In this document: piece by piece, positions 56,909 to 64,000 of the stretch | Layout: every line of letters starts with the position of its first letter | Numbering within the stretch: the first letter of the stretch is position 1 | Assembly (NCBI GenBank): GCA_050697375.1 | Contig: JBOGZQ010000006.1 | Location: forward strand, 1,390 to 65,389 | From: Gaiellaceae bacterium | Lineage (GTDB): Bacteria; Actinomycetota; Thermoleophilia; Gaiellales; Gaiellaceae | DNA: 64,000 bases | Direction of reading: 5' to 3' | Program-made: the position numbers and the translations under genes | Notes under the pieces: generated by a model | Database searches by the model: none | What the model was told of the DNA's origin: nothing | Seen by the model: only the letters and a program-made list of their open reading frames with translations

Positions 56909-56982
56909 CACATCCCCCCTTGGCAACACACGCGCAAACCCAAGCCGTTCCGCGGGCGAGACGCTCTTTGGGCGCCTATGTG

Positions 56983-57981
56983 ATGCCGGTGCTCGCCTTC
57001 TCGCTCGTGGCGCTGCTCCTCGCATGGCTCGTGGTGAACTTCTTCAAAGGCCCGGCGTACTTCGTCACCATCGCCTTCATCGGGTTGACGAACGGCGCCG
57101 TCTACGCGCTCGTCGCGCTCGGATACACGCTCGTCTACGGGATCCTCGAGCTGATCAACTTCGCGCACGGCGACGTCTTCATGCTCGGAGGGATGTTCTC
57201 CGCCACGATGATCGTCTCCGTCTTCGGCCTCACGGCGCACGCGTCGGTCGGCACCCTCGTCGCAGCGATCGTCGGCTCGCTGCTCGTTGCCATGGCCGCG
57301 TGCGGCATTTTGAACGCGACCATCGAGCGCGTCGCCTACAGGCCGCTGCGCGGCGCTCCACGTCTCGCGCCGTTGATCACGGCCATCGGGATGTCCTTCA
57401 TCCTCGAGAACATCGCAATCGCATGGAGGGGGCCTGGTTACACCGCGGTTCCGAGTGTGCTGCCTCGCGGACAGGTTTTCTCGGTCTCCGGAATCACGTA
57501 CACCTGGGAAAAGCTCATCGTCCTGCTGATCACGGCGCCCGTCCTGCTCGCCCTTGTCTGGCTCGTGCAGAAAACACGGCAGGGGAAGGCCATGCGCGCG
57601 ACCGCGCAGGACCGTGACGCCGCCGCGATGATGGGCATCGACGTGAACCGAACGATCTCGTTCACGTTCCTCATCGCCGGCGCTCTCGCCGGTGCAGGCG
57701 GCCTCGTCTACGCCCTGTATTTCGGGCAGATCCGATACGACACCGGATTCCAGCTGGGGCTCATCGCGTTCACCGCCGCCGTCTTCGGCGGCATCGGCAA
57801 CCTTCCGGGCGCAGTCCTCGGCGCGCTCGTGATCGGATTCATCCAGGCGTTCAACGAGGGGTTGATCTGGCACGCGCCCGGCGCCGATTGGACCGAGTCG
57901 ATCGTCTTCTCCATCCTGATCCTCGTGCTCGTCTTCCGCCCCGAAGGTCTGCTCGGCGAACGAACGCCCGAAGGAGGCTGA
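56983..57981 (+). CDS. livH: branched-chain amino acid ABC transporter permease
   Basis: Track ORF 56920..57981. Sequence: LTNGAVYALVALGYTLVYGILELINFAHGDVFMLGG. The start is ATG 56983 or GTG 56980. Confidence 0.88.
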   Translation: MPVLAFSLVALLLAWLVVNFFKGPAYFVTIAFIGLTNGAVYALVALGYTLVYGILELINFAHGDVFMLGGMFSATMIVSVFGLTAHASVGTLVAAIVGSLLVAMAACGILNATIERVAYRPLRGAPRLAPLITAIGMSFILENIAIAWRGPGYTAVPSVLPRGQVFSVSGITYTWEKLIVLLITAPVLLALVWLVQKTRQGKAMRATAQDRDAAAMMGIDVNRTISFTFLIAGALAGAGGLVYALYFGQIRYDTGFQLGLIAFTAAVFGGIGNLPGAVLGALVIGFIQAFNEGLIWHAPGADWTESIVFSILILVLVFRPEGLLGERTPEGG

Positions 57982-57983
57982 CG

Positions 57984-59456
57984 ATGCGCCGGCGTCTTCG
58001 TGCGGCGGTATCCGCACTCTGGTGGCAGGCGCTCGGCGCGGCCGGTCTTGATCGAGCCCGTTGGGCGCGGCTTCCTCGCATTACCCGGCGGCTGGTGAAG
58101 ACGGTCGTCTGGACCGCCGTCGGGCTCCTGCTCGTGTGGCGCCTCGGTGTCTGGCAGTGGTCGGCGCTCGCAATGGCAGCGGTCGTCCTGCTGCTCGTCG
58201 TCCCGCGCTACGACCTGCTGACGTTCCGCGGTCGGCGGGTTGGGCGCTTCGTCATCCCCGTGGCCGTGCTCGGGATCGTCTTCGCGTATCCGTTCTATGC
58301 GAGCTCGAACGGGAGCGTCAACCCCGGTATGCCACAGCTGCCCGTCTTCGGTTCCCTGCCGCAGATGAGCACGATGGTGGGGATGGCCGTCTTCGTCATG
58401 ATGGCCCTCGGCCTCAACTTTGTCGTCGGGTACGCCGGTCTGCTCGATCTCGGGTACGTCGCCTTCTACGCGATGGGCTCGTACACGGCCGGATGGTTCG
58501 CCTCGTCGCAGTTCGCGAACCAGAACGTCTTCTTCGGCGCCATCGGCGTCACGCCGGGGCTCACGGGCTTCCACTTCTCGATCTGGCTCGTGCTGCTCAT
58601 GGCGGGCATCGCAACGGCGATCATCGGCGTCCTCATCGGGCTGCCGACGCTTCGCCTGCGCGGCGACTACCTCGCGATCGTGACTCTCGGATTCGGCGAG
58701 ATCATGCCCCAGATCGCGCGCAACGGCGACAGCCTCTTCGGCACGGGCTTCAATCTCACAAACGGAACCGGCGGGATAACGCCGATCGACCCCCCCGGCT
58801 TCGGCAACTGGCTCCACCATCACGTGGGTCTTCCCGCCAACTACCTGACCCTGGGGACGAATAGCGACCGGGCGTTCTTCTGGACTGCGCTCGTGCTGGT
58901 CTTGCTGACGGTCTTTGTCAGTGCGAGGCTGCGCGAGTCGCGGCTCGGGCGTGCCTGGATCGCGATCCGTGAGGACGAGGTGGCTGCGGCTGCGATGGGC
59001 ATCCCGCTGATGCGCACGAAAACCTGGGCGTACGCGACCGGCGCGTTCTTCGGCGGGGTCGCAGGGGCCTATTACGCCGCGTACAACAGCGGCGCGTTCC
59101 CCGATCAGTTCTTCTTCAACATCTCCGTCTTCATCCTGTGCATGGTCATCCTCGGCGGGATGGGCAACATCTGGGGCGTCATCTTCGGCGCGTGCTTCCT
59201 CGAGTACCTCGATCTCGAAGGGCTCAACAACGTGGGATCTTGGCTGAACGGGCACTTTGGGCCCGGCGGCTCGGTGTTCGAGCTCTGGCACAAGACGCTC
59301 GACGTGCCGCTGTACGAGTTCGGCATCTACGGCGTCATCATCGTCGTGATCATGCTCTTCCGCCCGCAGGGGCTCATACCGAGCTCGCGCCGGGCGGCCG
59401 AGTTCGAGGAAGGCGTCCACGACCAGCCGCTCTACGACCTGGGTGCGGGCGCCTGA
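57984..59456 (+). CDS. livM: branched-chain amino acid ABC transporter permease (long N-terminal extension)
   Basis: Track ORF 57888..59456 from the ATG at 57984. Sequence: GLNFVVGYAGLLDLGYVAFYAMGSY...LRLRGDYLAIVTLGFGEI. Confidence 0.88.
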   Translation: MRRRLRAAVSALWWQALGAAGLDRARWARLPRITRRLVKTVVWTAVGLLLVWRLGVWQWSALAMAAVVLLLVVPRYDLLTFRGRRVGRFVIPVAVLGIVFAYPFYASSNGSVNPGMPQLPVFGSLPQMSTMVGMAVFVMMALGLNFVVGYAGLLDLGYVAFYAMGSYTAGWFASSQFANQNVFFGAIGVTPGLTGFHFSIWLVLLMAGIATAIIGVLIGLPTLRLRGDYLAIVTLGFGEIMPQIARNGDSLFGTGFNLTNGTGGITPIDPPGFGNWLHHHVGLPANYLTLGTNSDRAFFWTALVLVLLTVFVSARLRESRLGRAWIAIREDEVAAAAMGIPLMRTKTWAYATGAFFGGVAGAYYAAYNSGAFPDQFFFNISVFILCMVILGGMGNIWGVIFGACFLEYLDLEGLNNVGSWLNGHFGPGGSVFELWHKTLDVPLYEFGIYGVIIVVIMLFRPQGLIPSSRRAAEFEEGVHDQPLYDLGAGA

Positions 59457-60238
59457 TGGCCGACGTCCTCCTCCAGACGGTCGCTCTCCGCAAGGAGTTC
59501 GGCGGCCTCGTCGCGGTCGACGACATCGACTTCACTGTCCCGGAGGGCTCGATTGTCAGCCTCATCGGCCCCAACGGCGCGGGAAAGACGACGTTCTTCA
59601 ACATGCTTACCGGGGTCTACAAGCCGACCGCTGGGCAGGTGGTGTTCGGCGGCGAGGACATGACCGGCCGGCCTCCTCATGCGTACACCCAGCGCGGCAT
59701 CGGACGAACGTTCCAGAACATCCGGCTCTTCCAGAACATGACCGCGCTCGAGAACGTGCTGGTCGGGATGCACACGCGGCTCAAGGGGAACCTCTTCGAG
59801 GCGATCGTGCGAACACCCCGCATCCGGCGCGTGGAGGACGGCGCGCGCGTGCGGGCGCGTGAGCTCCTCGACTACTCCGGTCTCCAACGGAAGGGAGACG
59901 TGGTCGGGAGGAACCTCTCCTACGGCGACCAGCGGCGCCTCGAGGTCGCCCGTGCGCTCGCGACCCAGCCGAAGCTGCTGCTCCTCGACGAGCCGACCGC
60001 CGGAATGAACCCGCAGGAGACCGCCGAGTTCACCGGCTTCGTCGCGCGGTTGCGGACGGAACGCAACCTCACCGTACTGCTGATCGAGCACGACATGCGC
60101 GTCGTCATGGGCGTCTCGGATCGTGTCACCGTCCTCGACTACGGTGAGAAGATCGCCGAGGGTACGCCGGCGGAGATCCAAAAGAACGATCGCGTGATCG
60201 AGGCGTATCTCGGGACCGCGGCGGTGAGTGCATCGTGA
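59456..60238 (+). CDS. livG: branched-chain amino acid ABC transporter ATP-binding protein
   Basis: Tail of track ORF 59138..60238 from the ATG at 59456. Sequence: GPNGAGKTTFFNMLTG, LSYGDQRRLEVARAL, LLLDEPTAGM. Confidence 0.9.
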   Translation: MADVLLQTVALRKEFGGLVAVDDIDFTVPEGSIVSLIGPNGAGKTTFFNMLTGVYKPTAGQVVFGGEDMTGRPPHAYTQRGIGRTFQNIRLFQNMTALENVLVGMHTRLKGNLFEAIVRTPRIRRVEDGARVRARELLDYSGLQRKGDVVGRNLSYGDQRRLEVARALATQPKLLLLDEPTAGMNPQETAEFTGFVARLRTERNLTVLLIEHDMRVVMGVSDRVTVLDYGEKIAEGTPAEIQKNDRVIEAYLGTAAVSAS

Positions 60239-60951
60239 CCGCGCTGCTCGAGCTCGAGGGGGTCGAGACCTATTACGGCTCGATCCAGGCGTTGAAGGGA
60301 ATCTCGATCGACGTGAACGACGGCGAGATCGTCACGCTCATCGGCGCGAACGGCGCGGGCAAGTCGACGACGCTCCGGTCGATCAACGGGCTCAATCATC
60401 CGCGCAAGGGAAAGATCAGGTTCGAAGGCCGCGACATCACGCACGACGCGCCGCACTCGATCGTGAAGAGAGGGATCGCGCAGTCTCCGGAGGGACGCAA
60501 GCTGTTCCCGCGGATGACGGTCACGGAGAACCTCGAGATGGGGGCGTTCCAGCGATCCGACCGGGCCGCGATCCGGGAGGATATGGACCGCGTCTTCACG
60601 CTCTTTCCGCGCCTCGCCGAGCGTCGGACGCAGAAGGCGGGAACGATGTCGGGCGGCGAGCAGCAGATGTGCGCGATCGGCCGCGCGCTTATGGCTCGCC
60701 CCAAACTGCTCATGCTCGACGAGCCGTCGATGGGCCTCGCTCCGATCTTCGTCGAGCGCATTTTCGAGACCATCGTCGAGGTGAACAAGCAGGGAACGTC
60801 GATCCTTCTCGTCGAGCAGAACGCGCTCATGGCATTGCACGTGGCGAATCGCGGCTACGTGCTCGAGACCGGCAACGTCGCGCTCGCCGACGACGCGAAG
60901 GCGCTCGCGCAGAACGAGCAGGTCCGCAAGACCTATCTCGGCGAGGTCTAG
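60235..60951 (+). CDS. livF: branched-chain amino acid ABC transporter ATP-binding protein
   Basis: Track ORF of 238 aa. Sequence: GANGAGKSTTLRSINGL, MSGGEQQMCAIGRAL, LMLDEPSMGLAP. Confidence 0.9.
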   Translation: MTALLELEGVETYYGSIQALKGISIDVNDGEIVTLIGANGAGKSTTLRSINGLNHPRKGKIRFEGRDITHDAPHSIVKRGIAQSPEGRKLFPRMTVTENLEMGAFQRSDRAAIREDMDRVFTLFPRLAERRTQKAGTMSGGEQQMCAIGRALMARPKLLMLDEPSMGLAPIFVERIFETIVEVNKQGTSILLVEQNALMALHVANRGYVLETGNVALADDAKALAQNEQVRKTYLGEV

Positions 60952-62450
60952 CCTCTCCCCACACGAAGTGGAAAGTACGGCGGACTGAGGAGGAAGCCGA
61001 TCCTCGCGTTCCCGCTCGTGCGTCCCCGCGCGAGGTCGAGCGCCGCGCCGAGACCGTGTACCGGCACAAAGCCGAGTTGTCGCACGGCGGTCGCGTCCGC
61101 TGCGCCGGCGACGAGCACCGCGCCGAGCCGGCCGAGCGCGGGCTGGCACGCGTTCCAGTCGCGGAACGGCAGCAGCGGATGCACCGTGCGTCCACTGCGA
61201 TAGTCCTCGATCCCGCGCGGGTTGCTCCCCGCTGCGCGCTCGGCGTCAGCGAGCATCTCCGGGTCCCGGCCGATGCGTGTCGCGTGGAAGAACGGCCGGT
61301 ACGGGCTCTGCGTGGGGTGCGCGAACGTGCGTGTGAAGCGGTGCGCGAGGATCGCGGTCCCTCCGTCGACGACCGGGAACGCGTCGCGCCACAGGCGCAG
61401 CGCGAGACCGAGCCCGAGGTACGCGACAAGCAGCGGGTTCGGCCCTTCGCGCGGAAGGTATGGCGTCGTGCCGGGCACGGCGATGACGATCGCGTCGAGC
61501 GGCCCGTCCAGCTCGGCGCGTCGCAGCTCGACGGCGCGAAGGAGCGCCTCAGCGTGTGCGATCGACGGCGGGCCGGCGTAGGCGGCAGCGGCGGTGAGCT
61601 CGGTCTGTAGGCCGTGAAGGATCTCGCGCCGTGCACCGTCGGGCAGTGCGGCGAATACGCGTCGCAGCGGCGAGCGCGCGACGCGCTCGAGCGCCTCGGA
61701 CTCGTACGGATAGCCGCGGAGCGTGCCGGACGTGCGCGGATGATTCAGCACGAGAGACACACCGATGACGGGAAGCCTGCGGATGAGCGCTCGCTCGAGC
61801 GCGACGCCGAGGTGCCAACCCTGCGAGGCGCTCGCCTCGAGGAGGGAGTACGCGCCCGCGGCGCGCAGCGCGTCCGCGCCCGCTGCGCCGAGCAGTGCGG
61901 CCGGCCCGCCGTTCAGCACCGTCTCCGCCGCGCTGACGACGAGCACGAGCTCTGTTTCGACGAGCGCCGGGTTGACGCGGAGCGCCGGCCGAGAGCCGTC
62001 GTCCAGCACGACGAGGCCTGGGTCTTCAGCGTCGTGGATGACGACGTGACCGTGGAAGCGTCGCGCGAGATCTCGCGTGACGAGGCTCTCGAGCTCGCGC
62101 TGCGTCGTGCGCCGGGCGAGCCCGCACGCGACGAGGATCGTCTGGTAGCCGCTGGGGATCCCGAGCCGTTCGAGCTCGTCGATCACCGCGCCGATCGCGA
62201 GCTGTCGCGGATCCGCGGTAGCGCCGGGAATCGGAAGCGCCGGCGGCTCGACGACGATCGTGGCCCGCGCGCGGCGTCGGACGAGCGCCTCGAGTGGCTC
62301 TCCTTCGAGCGGGAAGCGAAGCGCGTCCCGTACGGCTGCGCCGACGTCCGCAATCCCGGCGCCCGGCGCCGGCGGCTGCAGGACGATCGCGTCGTCGGGC
62401 ACGGATGCGATGAGCACCTTCGTGCCGGCGAGGAGCGGGATTCGGCGCAT
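60948..62450 (-). CDS. LarA-like / DUF2088 domain protein (lactate-racemase family, function unknown)
   Basis: Track ORF of 500 aa. The assignment rests only on overall resemblance, e.g. ATIVVEPPALPIP..., VACGLARR, VLVVSAAETV. I could not check the catalytic residues. Confidence 0.4.
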   Translation of the reverse strand: MRRIPLLAGTKVLIASVPDDAIVLQPPAPGAGIADVGAAVRDALRFPLEGEPLEALVRRRARATIVVEPPALPIPGATADPRQLAIGAVIDELERLGIPSGYQTILVACGLARRTTQRELESLVTRDLARRFHGHVVIHDAEDPGLVVLDDGSRPALRVNPALVETELVLVVSAAETVLNGGPAALLGAAGADALRAAGAYSLLEASASQGWHLGVALERALIRRLPVIGVSLVLNHPRTSGTLRGYPYESEALERVARSPLRRVFAALPDGARREILHGLQTELTAAAAYAGPPSIAHAEALLRAVELRRAELDGPLDAIVIAVPGTTPYLPREGPNPLLVAYLGLGLALRLWRDAFPVVDGGTAILAHRFTRTFAHPTQSPYRPFFHATRIGRDPEMLADAERAAGSNPRGIEDYRSGRTVHPLLPFRDWNACQPALGRLGAVLVAGAADATAVRQLGFVPVHGLGAALDLARGRTSGNARIGFLLSPPYFPLRVGRG

Positions 62451-62476
62451 GGGCGTCGGACCTTAGACTCGTTTCG

Positions 62477-64000
62477 ATGTCCCCGAAGACGCTCACGGGC
62501 CTCGAATTGGAGCTGGACGACGGGCCTGCTCGTGACGCCGGGCTGTTCCTCGTCGACGGCAACAACCTCGCGTACCGGGCGTTTTTTGCGCTGCCCGAGG
62601 AGCTCGCGACGACCGAAGGCTTTCCGACGAACGCGCTCCTCGGTTTCACGAACATGCTGTTCAAGCTCCTCGGCGACTACAAGCCGAAGGGCGTCGCGGT
62701 TGCGTGGGACACGCGCCCCGTGCACCGCGCCGCCGTCGCCGAGGCCGCGGACGTGGTCTACAAGGAGGGGCGACGGCCGATGGCGGATCTCCTGCGCGAG
62801 CAGTTCCCGTACTTCCGTCCGATCGTCGAGGCCTTCGGGTATCGCAATCTCGAGTTCGAGGGCTGGGAAGCGGACGACGTCATCGCAACGCTCGCGACGC
62901 GCGCCGACGAGGCGGGCGTGCGGACCTGCGTCGTCTCGACCGACCGCGATGCATTCCAGCTCGTCTCGGAGAACGTCTGCCTGATGATGACGCCGCGCGG
63001 TGTCAGCGACGTGCAGGTGTACACGCCCGAGCGCGTCGAGGCGCGCTATGGGATCAGGCCGGAACAGATTCCCGACTTCATCGGCCTCAAGGGCGACACG
63101 TCCGACAACATCCCGGGCGTTCCCGGGATCGGCGACAAGACGGCCGGTCAGCTCGTTGCGCAATACGGCTCGCTCGAGGGCGTGTACGAGCACGTGGAAG
63201 AGCTCTCGCCCGGGCGACGGAAGAACCTGATCGAGCACGAGGATGATGCGCGCACGTCGAAGGAGCTCGCGACGATGCGCCGCGATCTCGAGCTCGACTG
63301 CGATCCTGCCGCGCTCGTACTCGCTCCGCCGGACCGGTCGCAACTGCGCGAGATGTTCCGGCGCTTCGAGTTTCGCGGCCTGCTCAACCGCATCGACACC
63401 CTCGACGAAGCAGTTCCGGCAGTTGAGCGGATCGTTGCGGGTACGGCAATTAGGTGGGACCCAGTCGACGCCTTGCCGAAGCTCGCCGGTTCGATATCCG
63501 TCGCGGTCGGAGGCGACCGCGTTGCGGTCGCCCGTGGTGAGGAACCCGTCCTGGTCGCGCCACTCCCGGTCGACCTTGCCGCCGCTTTGCGCGATACCGA
63601 CGTCATCGCGCACGACTACAAGGAGCTTCCGCACCTGACGCAGCTTCCGGCCGAGGACACGCTCATTGCCGCGTACCTCATCGAGCCCGGCCGGCCGGCG
63701 TACGAGCTCGACGACCTCGCCGCCGAGTACGGCGTCGAGGCGATTCCCGAGCCGGCCGCCGAGGAGGAGACGGCGGCGCTCGTCCGCGCCGCGGAGGTGC
63801 CGCGCCGGCTCGCGCCACTTCTTCGAACCCGCCTCCGCGAGCGCGGGAGCGAGGAGCTCTACGACCGCATCGAGCTCCCGCTCACCGCGGTGCTCGCGGC
63901 GATGGAGGACGCCGGCGTCAAGATCGATACGTACCGCATGGGAGAGATCACCGCGCGGCTCGCCGATCGCGTCGAGGAGCTCGAGTCGCGCGCGTACGAG
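62477..64000 (+). CDS. polA: DNA polymerase I, 5' part (5'-3' exonuclease domain and beyond); runs off the window
   Basis: Not in the ORF track because it is open at the window edge. My translation is MSPKTLTGLELELDDGPARDAGLFLVDGNNLAYRAFFALP...FPTNALLGFTNMLFKLL...IPDFIGLKGDTSDNIPGVPGIGDKTA... Confidence 0.92.
   Translation, partial: MSPKTLTGLELELDDGPARDAGLFLVDGNNLAYRAFFALPEELATTEGFPTNALLGFTNMLFKLLGDYKPKGVAVAWDTRPVHRAAVAEAADVVYKEGRRPMADLLREQFPYFRPIVEAFGYRNLEFEGWEADDVIATLATRADEAGVRTCVVSTDRDAFQLVSENVCLMMTPRGVSDVQVYTPERVEARYGIRPEQIPDFIGLKGDTSDNIPGVPGIGDKTAGQLVAQYGSLEGVYEHVEELSPGRRKNLIEHEDDARTSKELATMRRDLELDCDPAALVLAPPDRSQLREMFRRFEFRGLLNRIDTLDEAVPAVERIVAGTAIRWDPVDALPKLAGSISVAVGGDRVAVARGEEPVLVAPLPVDLAAALRDTDVIAHDYKELPHLTQLPAEDTLIAAYLIEPGRPAYELDDLAAEYGVEAIPEPAAEEETAALVRAAEVPRRLAPLLRTRLRERGSEELYDRIELPLTAVLAAMEDAGVKIDTYRMGEITARLADRVEELESRAYE

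Overview
High-GC (about 70% in the lines I counted) chromosomal core segment. The gene content and order look actinobacterial, possibly Thermoleophilia or Rubrobacteria-like, but that is a guess. Coding is very dense: I support about 65 protein genes and one tRNA. Many genes are chained by 4-nt ATGA/GTGA/TTGA stop-start overlaps. Most long alternative-frame and antisense ORFs in the track are GC artefacts. Order of contents: a divergent APH-type kinase and ACAD10/11-like acyl-CoA dehydrogenase; a GNAT; a lower-GC islet with an HTH gene and a minimal nucleotidyltransferase gene; a six-gene minus-strand acyl-CoA operon (two ACADs, acyl-CoA ligase, quinone oxidoreductase, SDR, PaaI thioesterase); EamA; lysA; leuS with a terminator-containing leader; comEA-comEC-holA; rpsT; a repeat-encoding micro-ORF; murJ; GNAT; cupin; MFS; lepA-DUF1272-hemW-hrcA-dnaJ-prmA-mtaB-HIT-yqeY; phoH-ybeY-dgkA/PAP2-methyltransferase-cdd-era; an amino-sugar cluster (GH3, msiK, GntR, ABC uptake, GH-A-like/MurQ fusion, nagA, SIS deaminase) with dre-like operators; deoC plus two ALDH paralogs; a secreted protein / Tat DyP-like / methyltransferase trio; ArsB-like and MarR; a frameshifted HAD; pfkA; tRNA-Leu(CAA); livJHMGF; a LarA-like gene; and the 5' part of polA. 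I found no rRNA, CRISPR array, transposase or integrase. The most interesting items are: (1) a 331-aa intein in PhoH that starts with Ala and carries the Trp/Cys/Thr signature of class 3 inteins plus an apparently intact LAGLIDADG endonuclease; (2) the lower-GC HTH + AbiEii/MenT-like nucleotidyltransferase pair with a perfect palindrome upstream; (3) a 47-codon ORF made of six (G/A)xDRRx hexapeptide repeats that differ mainly by synonymous changes; (4) a GH-A-like barrel fused to MurQ; (5) the leuS attenuator-like leader. All calls come from reading translations and motifs. No database search was possible.
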